Assembly (NCBI RefSeq): GCF_026571515.1
Contig: NW_026852821.1
Coordinates: 186,001 to 250,000, forward strand
Length of the DNA stretch: 64,000 nt
Origin: Ruditapes philippinarum
Taxonomy: Eukaryota
Direction: 5' to 3'
The first letter of the stretch is position 1, and every line of letters begins with the position of its first letter. The notes under the pieces were generated by a model, which searched no databases, was not told the origin of the DNA, and worked only from the letters and a program-made list of their open reading frames with translations. This document shows positions 35,565 through 49,100 of this stretch, in pieces. The position numbers and the translations under genes are program-made.

Positions 35565-37080
35565 TGGCAATTGCCTATTCAATATATTAATTAATATTAA
35601 TTTTCATTTAAAATGATACAAGTTTTGTTTTGTTTCTTTTGCTTGCTTGAATTTGTTATATTGTCAACTCAGCGTTTGATTCAAACAACTTGAAAGCTTC
35701 CATTGCTTGTCTCGAAATAAAGTTTTTTCTCTCGTTTAGATCCAACTTTCTAAAACCTCATCATAAGATATAATTGAGATTGATTAAATTTCTCTTTCTT
35801 AATAATTATATAAACTATTTATATCCCAGGTGATTGATGATTTCAACTATTTGTCTCGTTATCTACAGCAACAGAGCAGATAAAAGAGTGAGAAAGTGAA
35901 ACTTTGACATATTGCTTGATCTTTTTTGTAACACCGATCTACTTTACTTCTAATTGCCTGGGTCATGATAACGTAAGGAAATTGATTTCCGGAGTAGAAG
36001 CGTATTTGAAAGAAACCGGTTATTGACATAATTTAACGATTGATGAGAAGAAAGAAAAAAGGTAAGAAAGAAAGAAAAAGTTATTTGAATCGCTAGACTT
36101 AGTTGATAGAAGGTGAAACACCTCGTAGACTTTTAACACAAGACGCAATTCCGTCTGGCAAATTCTCAGCTCGCACACATATAATTCAGAAACGCAAAAA
36201 CCTTTAGTTTTTTTAAATGAAGCGGTTATTTTAGCTATTTTGCCCCAAATAACTTGATTAACGGAAATCAAGAGTAAGCATGATTACATGTGCATGTAAT
36301 ATGCGTTAAATTAATAAAACTTTTAATTTATAGCAGCTTGCTGTAAAGTTAGTTTAAGCTTTATTCTTTAAAATGAAGTTGGAATCTCTACACTAACCTA
36401 TTGGTGCTTGTTTCCGAGAACGATCGTTGATGGTTAATTGGTAATACTTAATTGTACAATAAAATGAAAAATTGGTATCCCTATAAAGCAACCTAGCCTG
36501 TTATTCCAACACAAGAATCTGCACGGTTTCAGTTCAATCTTAAAGAATTTTACATTCTGCAAATTATAATATCAGTCTTTTTTTCCATTTACAGGTAACA
36601 AATTTAAAACGCATATATTTCAATTATGACTTCATAGCAAATTTAAAAAGATCGGTAGATGTCTTACGTTGAACAAGATCGACAGTTTTCTCTGATTTTT
36701 TCAATTTGAACGCTTCTTTTTTTAGAAAAGATTTAGGTAAAAAAGATAATGAATGTATTTCTTTATTTCCTCTATCCATCAGAAGTGATTTCACAGAAAT
36801 TACAAAAAAGACATCAGATCTAATATGGCTTTGAGAAACTTGCATCACAATGTTTTTTCTGTTATTCCCATTAAATCATGCAAATAGCGTTTGAAAGTAA
36901 CACTAAATATCTAATTAAAAAGTAATTCTAAATATCTAATTTTAATAATTATCTTTTTTCCAGATATCGTTTTAAATGGAGAAAAGAGAAACTTATATTT
37001 GAATTATTAACTTCGCACAAGCATGCTCACCTTATAATTTTCAACGTAGTTTTATCAATTGCAACGTCACTTTGGATATG
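35565..37080 (+). repeat. Dispersed ~1.5-kb duplication (copy 2 at ~62320-63895)
   Basis: Collinear blocks, e.g. CGCTAGACTTAGTTGATA.AAGGTGAAACACCTCGTAGAC and CAATTCCGTCTGGCAAATTCT in both copies. Confidence 0.9.
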
Positions 37081-37232
37081 TGCTTTATTACTATAATACA
37101 TAAATTTAATCTTGATCTTAAGTAAATAAAATTGTTTCAAAATATATTGATGTTGTCATATTTTTGATGATATGTCTATCACATACATTTGACATATTGG
37201 GCACCAAATGTCATAGGGTGAGAACAATGTGC

Positions 37233-37306
37233 AGTCTGACCGGGACTCGTACCCGGGACCCTCGGAATATCGTACTGCGTCTCTACCGACTGAGTTATCT
37301 GACCGC
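37233..37306 (-). mobile_element. tRNA-derived repeat head or tRNA pseudogene
   Basis: Minus strand has A-box TAACTCAGTCGG and B-box-like GGTACGAGTCC. Anticodon arm is not canonical. Confidence 0.6.
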
Positions 37307-37619
37307 TTACACATCTTTTACCCTAAAGAGTTAACCGTTACAATAATAATGACAATAATAGTCAATTAAAATACCATCAAACGAAACATGCTTTTTAAAA
37401 CGACTGTCCGTCTTCTAGTCAGTTTTCAGAACATTTTATTCAAAATGTTTAGAACTGTTCATGATAAAATCATACGCAGGAAACAAACCAAATACAAAGG
37501 CAATAAATATTAATTGAGATATTTCACACACACTAGAGTTGAACTGCCGATGCAATGAATAATACAAAAGATCGCTGTTAAGTTCTTGAAAGATAGCAAA
37601 AAAAAAGACTTGGCAGTAG

Positions 37620-37728
37620 TTTGCACTTGACAGTACCGTCCATGAACAGGCTCAATCAAACCGAGCCTGCAACATTTTCAATTTTGACGTGTTGGGCTTT
37701 CTTTAGGGATTCTTTTTTTCTCTATTTT
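37620..37728 (+). mobile_element. Young 5'-truncated copy of the long-form structured element
   Basis: TTGCACTTGACAGTACCGTCCATGAACAGGCTCAATCAAACCGAGCCTGCAAC...AGGGATTCT is nearly identical to 10489-10581. Confidence 0.9.
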
Positions 37729-37829
37729 GGCAACAAATAATCTTTTTAATTGGCGCCACTTTTTTTTGCATTGATCTTTGTTTGTTTGTTGTTGTTGTTA
37801 GAAATGTAGGTTAAAACTACACAATTTAA

Positions 37830-39240
37830 TATACTTATTAACATTTACTAAGCACCATATGTTTGAGTGTGAATATTTTTGAGATTATTATATTAACGAT
37901 GTGCGAAAGATTTTAAATGTTGATTCACTGTTTTATAAATTCAGCTGAAGGACGAATTTAGCCCTATCAATGAGTTTTACACTGATTCTGTGCTAGAGAA
38001 GAGGATGAAAATTTCAGAACATGCAGGGCGTTTTCCAAATTTGTTAATTTAAAATTGGATTTTTTTGTAAACCCTTTTAGACTTGATACCGTGCTTGTGA
38101 CTCATGACTATCAATGACAGCTAAACAGCTCCTTCTCATACTTCCTATGAGGTTTATGATCGTTTTTAACGGGTATGGCTGCCCAGTATTGAACCAACGT
38201 GGCTCCAAGCTCCTGAATGACTCTGGGTTGCAACTGACAAGTAAGTCAGGTAAGCGAGCTGGCCAGTCAATGCGCTCAGTAAACTACCCCTCTAGGTAGT
38301 CCAGGACCATCCTGGCCAAAAGGGGGCGATCATTATCGTCAATTAGAATGAACTGATCGCCGACTGTTCCAGCATACAACCTAACCTGTTTGTCTAAGAT
38401 GTCGTTTATGTATTTGTGACCTGTCAATGTGCCTCTATTTAGCACAAACATGTCGAAACGTCAATCCCAGCTGATGCCTCCCCAACTCCGTAGCGGTCAT
38501 GCTCAGCAATATTTGCAGCCTGAAACGGTTGACCTCTGTGAAGTCTAGGCAGAACCTGGACTTATCGATGAACATAACATGTCTCGAATGTTGCATGGGC
38601 CACCGTGTATGCTCCATATTTCATTCCAAACGGGCTTGGTGATGCCGACCGTCTGCGTGGATACACGGACCCCCGTACCATTACCAAGGTTATTCCGAAG
38701 AGAAGTTGTTGTCAAAAACCTTGTACGATGTGCCTGGACGACCTAAATCCGATCCTGAGCTGGTATTGTGACGCCTTGCCGACCTCCAGCATGTATCATT
38801 GTGTACAATGTAGTCGTTAACTCTCCCAGGCTCTTGTGATTACGGTGTGGTGTACACTAAGTGTCGCACTAATCTGGCGGAAGGTGCCCCCCTGCTGCAC
38901 CATCCCTACAGCCCTCATTTACTCTGCTTCATTCAAATGCCGCCTAATGTTAACATTCGCCATACCAAAGTGTCAGATGTTAAAAAATATAAGCCACTGA
39001 ATATCAATAAGACTGTAATTTCGCCGTACAACAAAAGACATGGGATTGTACACCCCATCAAAACATGAAAATAGTTGGGTCCACGCTTTTCATGCTACCT
39101 AGACGAGTTGTAACACTCGTCAGGGGACTATCTCAAAACATTACTGAAACAGAATTTTCACAAATTGGAAAGAAATCTGTAATATACGTAAAATAATATG
39201 AAAAAAATAACTTATGGGTCTTAAAAGTTAAGAAGTATAT
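37830..39240 (-). mobile_element. Decayed Tc1/mariner DNA transposon
   Basis: Imperfect TIRs TATACTTATTAACATTTACTAAGCACCATA / reverse complement TATACTTCTTAACTTTTAAGACCCATA, TA-flanked, with an internal transposase relic. Confidence 0.8.
38077..38963 (-). pseudogene. Tc1-family DDE transposase pseudogene
   Basis: Relic motifs VMFIDKSRF (cf. FSDESRF), GTLTGHKYINDIL, FILIDDNDRP (cf. QDNARPH), IDWPARLPDL (cf. WPARSPDL) and NLIGSMRR..AVI. Stops, frameshifts and deletions present. Confidence 0.88.
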
Positions 39241-42200
39241 ATTTTGACGTAGAAATAGGTCATTTTGATAGGACAATATCTGTAACAATTAGATAACGTT
39301 TGACAAATAATGCTTTAAAACATTTACAATCAATTGTTACCAATTGTAACAGTTTTTCTTTACATTGATAACACAGCATCACATAAATCATACTTGTACA
39401 TAATGATACAAACAACACTGTTATCTTATTATTGTAGGAGACCGACATATTTTAAAACAGCTTGCTATCTCATTAATGACCACTCAATACTAGAGATATA
39501 GTTGAAGATTAAAGTTTATCGGAATCAATATTAATTATATCAGACCTGCAAGTAGGGTATTAATTTTATAATAGCTTTGGATATATGACCAATTCTCTCT
39601 ACTACAGTACTTAGATCAACCTATATTTTATTGTATTTGCAAATAAGGACCCTTGTAAAGACTGTCATTATTATAATTATGTAAAACCATATGTACTTTT
39701 CACACTAATTATGACAAACAAATGTAAGTTTATGCTAGAGACAAAAGACAGAGACATGAAACCTTTGCTTTGGCCTAGTATTGTTTAAGTATTGCTTTAA
39801 TCGCAAACACATAATAATTATTATTATAATTATCTTGTACCTATGCTTATATGCGTGCCAAGGTCAAACTCAGATTTGAAATTGATATCATACATGTATA
39901 ATAACGTTGCAAAAACAAGAATATAAAACAGTATATTGGGAGATATTATAATTGTAGGAATAATGTGTTGCAATTAATTAAACACTATATTCAAGTCAAT
40001 TATTAACCGTTGTAAGAAAACAAAAGGAGAAAGACTTGTTAGAAATGTTTAAACCTTAGACTTTGCTGAGTAAAGATTTAAAGATTGTATTACACACATT
40101 TCATTTACATGTACAAGTATATCTCAAAAATGGTGCTCTTTAAAAGTGAAAGTTTTAATTTATATATTCTTTCATATGAGATTTTATTCAATAACCGTCC
40201 CTCATGACATTTTAATGTGCTTTTATATGCACGACAATGTTTGTGCCAATAAGCTAAGTAAGATACATATTTGACAATTAATGATAAACTATGCTCAAAT
40301 TTGATACTTGAAAATATCCATGTTATTCTTTAAATCATACACACTATACGTCGACACACAAGCATTAAAAACCTTGCAGTTTTTTTAAGAAAGGGCCAAA
40401 GATACTTGATTCGTAATAAGGAACGCATATTCCGATACATAGGTTGAACGGTCTTTTTTTTAATAGTAAGAATTTTATAGATTTAAAAAAAATGTTACTA
40501 AAATATGAGCATAGTTTTAATCGTACATCTTTAAGTCAATCCTGTGACCAAATATAATGAACACACTTTAACATAATCATGTCTGTTTGTAGGGAAACGA
40601 CATCAGATATTTACTTTCAACAATTACCCAGTCTGTTTATTCAAAGAAATCAAATAATTTTAAGTCTTATTTCTTTATACAGGGGACAATAAAACAATTT
40701 GTAATCATCTTAAAAAGTACTTCATTAATATGCAATTTTAAAGATCTTATATCGACAGGTACCCATTGACAAATCATTACTGATTTAATTTACTAAATAC
40801 AAACGTAAAATATTAACATTCAAATAAGTACATTAATATTACCATTATCAATATTTGATATACAAAGTAGTCTAATGAAGGCGAAATGATGTTTATACAA
40901 TTTTACTCTGATTGTTAGAACACTTTGTATCAGAAAAGATTATATTGTATGATGTCCACAAAACTCATATAATAAATGATACAAGATATAAAAAATGATA
41001 CCATTTGTATAAAATAATTCAATGCAAGACTGATAAGATATATTGAAATATATCATCTTATAATTCCAGGCAATCGTAATCCATTCTTTTTTATCGTTGA
41101 AATGCTCATATGTTGTTTATTCCGATTGTTAGGACAATTTTAGTCAAATAAAATAAGGCTGGCTGTTTTAGTTCTCTTTTCATTAGTCACATGTACTCAA
41201 AAACAAGATAAAAGTAAAATTGTAATCCTCTATATAATTACTCAATTCCAAGAAAGATGCTTCATTTCAATGACATAAATTATTGAAAATTGTCAGCACA
41301 GATGTCATGTTAATCAATCAAACAACACAAATACATTCCAAAAATCAAACACATTAATTTCATGTCATTTTAATAAAAGTTATGAATTGAGATGAATTAT
41401 GATAAAGTAATATCGAAACATGTAAAGGTACAAAGATCAACAAATAATTTATAACAAAATGAAACAGGTATACATTGTTAACATTGGTCTGCCTTCATTT
41501 TATCAATATAACAACCAGGACATATCTGTTTCGGCTTGCCAATATCATAAACACCTCAATCAAAAATTATTTCCGAATTGTTAGCGGACAAATAAGCCAG
41601 ATGACAGTGCATTTGAAATTTGTAAAAACAGTGTGTCGGTTTATGGATGTTTGTGACATATTTTATACAATTCTGGTTTCAAACTGAAAAGAGAAATTGC
41701 TGAGTTGTAGTTTATAGAGGTCATGTTTAAATAATGTGGTCATTTTAGGAACTTCTGCATAATTTCAAATTAAATGTTGACAAATTCCAACATTGATAAT
41801 GTTGCATCGATATTAATGACATGAGCAATGCTTAAAGAGACGTCAATCTCTTTTATCCGGATATTAGTTTCATGTTGTTCTTCAAATTACCAATTTATTA
41901 CTGTATTTATGCATGCAGATGACCGCTTATGACAATGTTTAAATTAGAAAATATCAGATCAGAGATATTTGCATTGTATATGATTACGAAAGGAATGTCG
42001 TTCAAACAGGCAGATGCGATATTAGCTTATTTTTTTACGTTATTTTTTTTTTGCATAAAATATTAAAGACTTCTAAATAAGTTTATAAAGATTTCTATGT
42101 ATTTAGGTTATAGTTCAGATCCATGCCATTATCTTCATTAAATGTTTTGAAATGATAAAATAGTATTAGTAAAATATAGAAATAATATAAGGTACATTTG

Positions 42201-42314
42201 CAGTCTGACAGGAGAAAATATTCCATTACATATCTGACACACATCACATGTTTCCGTCGCTGTCAAGTGGTTAAGTAATCAACTCTGTTTTCATTTCCTT
42301 GAATACTAGTTTAA

Positions 42315-43106
42315 GGTAGTACACCCCTAATGCACTGTCTCCACTTTGAAGAGTATTCAAATAGGCTAAATCACTGTAAAGTGTATTGAAACTGAGGGGG
42401 CGTGGGTTCAAACCCCAGAAGGGGCAATTTTTTTTCTTTCTTTTTTTTCTTTTTAACATTTTTTATTAATCTCTCAGACCCCCTATGGAAGAAAAAAGTG
42501 TTTTATTTTAATTATATAATTATTGTAGGTATTTATTTACTAAATAATGCAAAATTTAATAGCAAATATGATACCAGATATTTTCAAAGTTTAATAAAAT
42601 AAAAACTAAACGGTAAAAGTATTTTATATTTTGCAAGACCAACCAATATACATTAAAGAAAATTTAGACAAACTTTGAAAATAGCCCCTGATTTTGGAAA
42701 ATTTAAGGGATATTTTAAATAAGGCTTTTTACATAGGGAAATGGTCAAAATAGTGTTAAAAGTGGGTGGGGTAGGGTTACATTTTTATACATATTAAAAA
42801 CATTTCGTTTAAAAACAATCATTTTGCTTGTTTAATTTGTTACCTAAATGTCATTATTTATTTCTTAACAAGGAGCAAAAGGAAAACATTATTCATAATG
42901 ATGATATTATAGATTATTTAGAGTTTCCTCATTTCTTAAAAAATCCCTTCTAATGGCAAAGTTTGAGTTCATAATAATGTCCATAACTCATAAACCACAC
43001 GGTAAATTTTGTTTAAATTTTGCATACAGGTGACATTTAAGGCATATAACTGTCCTATGTTGTCAAATTTACAATTCCTTATAGTGCCCATTAGGGGTGT
43101 ACTACC
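42315..43106. mobile_element. Non-autonomous Kolobok-type DNA transposon (MITE), 792 bp
   Basis: Perfect 18-bp TIR GGTAGTACACCCCTAATG / CATTAGGGGTGTACTACC with TTAA TSD (42311-42314, 43107-43110). 5'-RR termini fit Kolobok rather than piggyBac (CC). Confidence 0.9.
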
Positions 43107-44321
43107 TTAATACCATGACAAGTAATTCACTAAATCATTTGATAATGTATTAACCCTAAAAACTGCTTCTTTGCCCTCATCAATTCGATCACCTATGCAT
43201 GCCTTCTTTAAGTGTTATGTCACTCTATTACAGAGATGGTAAGCTCATAAAAGTCTAGACAATTTGTGTGTTGTTTATCTCGTTCATGGGCTGTATCATA
43301 CATAATTCATTCAGTGTCAGTTGTTCTTCATTTTAAAGAGAGTATTATTTAAGGGAGAGGAAAGTCGTCATGTTGAATATAATTATTGAAACAAAGAGGT
43401 GATAACAGTATTGTACCAATGTTTTGAAACGGAAATCAATGCTTACAACGGGTACCGAAAGTAAACTATTTTTGCCCAAAGCATGTCTAAGTAAATAAAC
43501 ATATTTTCGATCCACACAAAAGTCCGCAAAACAGTACAAATATAATTTCATAAATAAGACTTTTCTATTCGTCAGACTTCAGCTTGTTCTTTCTCAGATA
43601 GCGTAATAAGATACATTCAACTCAGCAAAAAGCATGTCTCTATAAATGAAAGTATGCACATTAACGCCAATTTTACACATAATTGTTATGTCGGTTTCCC
43701 TGCTTAATTATTATTTCATTGTACTTTAATCACATTTATCATTCTTCATAAATGAAATAAAAACTTAAGAAGCAAATTGTTTAATTAGTGTTATAATCAA
43801 GTCATGCTTAAATGTTCATATTTTACCTTTAACAAATGTTTGATACGTTTGAAAAATAAAACAAAGCTGATATTTTCTTAAGATCTGTCTGAGTACTAAT
43901 ATAATTTTCTCTTAACAGCTTTTAACATAATTCAGTCTTTGGATAAAAGGTTGGGAAAATCTAAACAAACGAGAACAGAACAAAAATAGAGGGACTTAAA
44001 ACGGCTTTTATAGACTTTTTTATAATTTAATAGATGAGTATGCAATCATATTTTGTGTTAAATTGACGTACTTACATCAATCTACAGAATAAATGTTAAC
44101 CCAAATGTTGCTGACAACACATTTTATTTAACATTTTTTTCATGTTTCTTATTTCATTTTTTTCTTTTTTTTGTCTGAAAAAAGATCCGGCAATACGGTG
44201 TTTTCAATTTGAAACCATTTTCTCAAGTTGAATAACACTGTTCTGTGCTTTGTTGCACACTCTCAATTGTTTAAGTAATTCAGGAGTTGTTGCCCCTGTT
44301 TGTGACTCTCTTCCAAGACAT

Positions 44322-45210
44322 CTAAAATATCAAGAAGAATATGTGTATTTTCCTTTTTTTATTTTAAAGCATAAAACACATGTAAAGTCCAACATAAACT
44401 TTAAGTGAAAATTATCACATCAAACATATGGAATGAAATATAAAACTTGTTAAAATGAATTATAAAACATGTTAAAATGACATAATTGAATATAGAACAT
44501 GTTGTCAAGAAATATAAAACATGTTGCAATAAATTATAAAACATGATTCAGTATAATCTACGTGTGTCATAAACCTTAGATTTCCCTTATATTCAATAAC
44601 AAGAACAATTAACAAGTAAATGCAAATATAAAAAATAATGCTAAATTTAATGTTCTTCATTTTACTACAAATTATCAATAGTCCATATTTTCGGATAGTC
44701 AGAGATAATCAAAAGCATAAATTATAACGTTGTCAATGCGTTTCGTTTAACTAGTTAAAGTTAAATACATACAATTAAATAATTCAGAATGAATTGTGCA
44801 AATACCTGTTCTTAATAGTTCCTGCATTATTGCTTAAATGATTAAAAACTTAAATTTCAATGAAATCTATTTTGCTTGCATCATTACAATATCAGTTTAG
44901 CCAAAAGAGGCGCTTATCACGGAAAAGGATAAATCAGCGGATTCGAAATTGAATTATAAATTTACACTGGGTCCGTTAACAAACAAAAATAATAAAAACG
45001 TTTAACTCTTACAGAAACATAAACACATCATTTACAATTTATAAAATGTAATCTTGAGAGTACATGTTAACAACATTCTGAGAATTCAAGTTTAACAAAA
45101 TCTGTTAGAAAATCAAAATATAAAATTCTTACCTAAAATATCAAGAAGAATATGTGTATTTTCCTTTTTTTTATTTTAAAGCATAAAACACATGTAAAGT
45201 CCAACATAAA
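44322..45210 (+). repeat. Near-perfect ~78-bp direct repeat pair (44322-44398 and 45134-45210)
   Basis: CTAAAATATCAAGAAGAATATGTGTATTTTCC(T)nATTTTAAAGCATAAAACACATGTAAAGTCCAACATAAA occurs twice. Confidence 0.9.
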
Positions 45211-45999
45211 GTGACTTTACTCAGGAAAGACACACATTTTAAGGAAAGACCAAAAAAGATTTGAACCATTGACGTTACAAATAAAACAACCAATCAAAAA
45301 TTATATATCGAAATATCCCGAACCACTGCCGGTGGCTTATGCCGAAAAAAGGTGCTAAAACACTTTTTGTTCGCCTTATCAAACAAATATGGCTTAAGCC
45401 GGAATGTCTGTCTTAAGCCGGAATGTATGTCTTCTATTTCAATAAAGACTTATCACCAGAATTTGTACAACAGATTACTTATCAAAATATGCATTTTTTA
45501 GATTGCTCAACATCCAATTGAGAAATGAATGACACCTTAGCCTGTGGCAACCAAATGTGTTTTTTAGAATTTGAGAAAAATATGTTTCAATACAAAAATG
45601 ACAATTACAAAAATGTACAAAGATTATTTCATTGTGAAAGATTTTGCAAATTTTCATCGCATAACAACTGCTATATCGTGACAAAAATGAAAATCATTTA
45701 GATAAAAGAGGAAGTACGTCAAATGCTATAGAAATAGATTCAGCTTAAATATATCATTATATGCGGATAATTAGCCTGAAAATGAAATGAAAATTTTACG
45801 TGGGTTATTATTGGATTTAAAAAAATCCTCAAACAGCTCTAAAAAACACTTGGTATTAATAAATATTTGTTGTAGTGCTAACATATTATAGGTTGGGGAC
45901 GACATGCAAACATAAATACTTTGTTGTAGTTTTTTTATAGGTTTGACCTTCATTATACAATTTGAAAACAATTTACATTTTAAAATTTAAGAGTCGTTG

Positions 46000-46110
46000 T
46001 TTTCTTCAGAAAGAAACTTTACATTCATTGTTCAGTACTGGTTGGTCCCAGGAATGGATTGGAAAAGTTATAATAAGCTCAATCGAACTGAAATACATTC
46101 TGTATAAACC
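46000..46110 (+). mobile_element. SINE body fragment (CORE-like)
   Basis: CATTGTTCAGTACTGGTTGGTCCCAGGAA resembles TAGTACTGGT...CCAGAAA in the 8516-8724 SINE. Confidence 0.45.
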
Positions 46111-49100
46111 AAGCAGAATATTATACAATTATTATAAAAGATGACTGATACAATGTGACAGACTTCGAGGACAATGCCACGTAATTGCATAGACATGTTT
46201 CTCAAAATGTCTCAATTGTTCACACAATATTTTGTGATATACTCTTTATGTGACAATTTATGAGGAGAAAATTTACACAAAATAGATACCTAAACTTCCA
46301 TATTCAAATTCTTCAACAAAAGAAAGACGAATAGCAAGTATGATAATATATACTTTTAATATCTAAAGACAGTCTAAAATTTATTTTATCATTTTCTTTG
46401 CCTTTTGAAGATTGAAAAAAATAAGGTACGAAAACATGTTAGATGTTAATTTAAAATATCGCACGATTATAAGAATGCTTAATATATTTATCTTATTTGA
46501 CCGTTGACCAGTTCTATTAAGGATCATATCGAGAATAAAAGAACACACATATAATATATCATTTTTATTAAGGTTTATTAATGTTATAATATGTTATTAG
46601 GCTATTTGTTATATAAAACATCATTCTGTGGTATAAGGCTCTTACTTTTAGATTGGAGAAGTATGGATTCCAGTGTTTTCAACTGAATATAGCTAATAAA
46701 ATAGCCGCTGATTATTGCAGCATCATGTGAGTTTTACAATTTTGGTTATTGTAAGGCTACTATTCTGTGAAAGACATTGCCTGGCGCTATAGGAAATTGA
46801 TTTGAGCAGTTTTGTGGTTATGCCAATAAAACCACAATACGGACATAAATTTCATTATAACCTTACCTAGATCTTCATGCGTTTATCAACATTTTTATAT
46901 TTTACGCATTTTTCATTAACAAATTCAAGAGATAACAATCATAGGTTTTAAGAAATACCGAGGGACATTGTTTATTGTCTAAAACAATCAAGTATTCCTC
47001 AATTCAGCAACAGATATAAGTATAAAATATGTAGATCCTGAACGCAATTTACTCCTAATCCATTATGAAACAGGCGATGGTAATCATTAGGTCATCAAAT
47101 ATACTATTTATTTGATGTTCCCATTTCAGTTTATTATTTCTTTTTTATCATTTAATTCATCAGCCACACATCTGTCAAACGATGAGAAGTTAACAAATTA
47201 AAACTCGTTTTCTTCATAACATTATGTATATATCAGTACTTTTATAATATATTATAAATGTTTTTAATAATATGTATTCAGATGGCTAAAACAATATTTG
47301 ACATCAAATATTAAACAGAGTGTTTTTTGTTTGCTCTTCAATATTTAGTCTGGCCAAAGAAATGACAAGGGAAACAAGAATTGCATCGGAAAGGAAAACG
47401 ACATAATTATCTGATTGTTTCGTTTTGTTTTCAATATAACAAATACAAAACCGTCTTTCCATCGACTTGCCAATAACATTAACGCCATTCTGAAAATATT
47501 AAAGTATTTCCGACTTGTTGGCACAAAATAAGGGACCAGGTGTATAGTTATAGAATACCTTGATTCAAGACATAGAATGTCTGTTTGTTTAAGTCAATTT
47601 AATTCGCACGTCATCTTTCTTGAAATGAGGAATATTAAAGGAGACGATGCCAATTATTTTCATATGATATAATTATTAAGATCAAGATAAAGGTCAAATG
47701 AAAAGTTTAATATCAATAAAATGCAGACCTTATGCTCTTGGTACCTCTCTTGTCTATTTTGAAATTGCAAACGTCTGCACAGCTGTTTTACCATCAGTTC
47801 AGACAGGCGGTTAAAATCAATTAGTAGTATGCAGTTTTTCGACTTCGTAACAGCACTCTGTTTTTGTCCTATTCTGTATCGATGTCTTGTTTGAATTGAT
47901 ACTATAAGGTTATTTTGTTAAAAACAAAATATGAAATGATAAATACATTGGGTTTTTGTGATGAAATGTAAGGGCTATTAGTGAAACATTTTAGAATGTT
48001 ACTGCTTCCAATGCAATATTAGCCCTTTAAAAGTAATACGTTTTTGTATTTGGCTATTATTTTTCTTAATAACGTCATCCTCGGTTACTCATGCGTTCTC
48101 GATACGTTTACACTTCATTAGCAAAATCAGTACCTGTGGGTTCCGACGATGGATGAATAACATATCAAAGTGACTACTTACATATCAAAAAATTAAATAT
48201 TGGTCCTTTAAGGCAGATCAACAATATACTGAATAAATAGTTAATAAAAATGTTGTTACCATCTCAATTTATATTTATTATTCCTGTGAATCCCATGCAC
48301 AAGCATCATTTTAATAAAGGATATTTTAAATTTTGAAAGTTCGATAGTCTCCGTTAGGCAGTATCAAAAATGTGATATTGTGTACCAAAATAATTTTCAT
48401 ATTCTTCTTTTTACCTTTTTGCCCTTGCAATATGTTTCTTTCTCAGACAACATTATAAAATAAACTCACAAAATAACGAATGTCTTAGAGCTATAATGTT
48501 GTCATTGTAAACGTGTTAGTCTTACAAATGAGTAAGGATAATAGACATAAAACTGTTATATCGTCTTATTTTCCTCGTTTAATGATTCGTTATACATCTT
48601 GTTTTCTTTGAATATCACATTAATAATCAAACAATTTGAAAGTGAAATAAGAATATAAGAGAATTGTATGTGGTGGGCCATCATTTTATTGTTGGTTGTA
48701 GATGAACACAATTTTAAGGTTATGAAATTTCTGATATGTGTGAGCAAACAAAGTTAATACCTTAAAATGCTGTCTTGAACGGCATGCAAAATGTAAATAA
48801 ATTTGTTTATAAATGTCACGTAACATATTAACTATTGTTACAGTGCATGACTGTTAAATAAACTGGACTTTCTAAATCGTACGCTGTACATGTATACAAT
48901 CCAGGGCATATTGTAAATTAGATACATCTTAATTTTCATCTGTACAAATAACTTGAAACTATAAAATATTACTGACCAATAGACATACAAGGACAGTTCT
49001 CATTTTACACGAATTATTCCCTGTTTGGTCGCTAATTATACCTTTGGTAATTGTGTAAACAAACTCATGAAACGAGCTCTATATTATGTTAAATTCTTAG

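Noticed and set aside
45393-45433. CTTAAGCCGG 19-bp tandem as another copy of the structured element
   Set aside because: Only a 10-nt match, with no other conserved blocks nearby.
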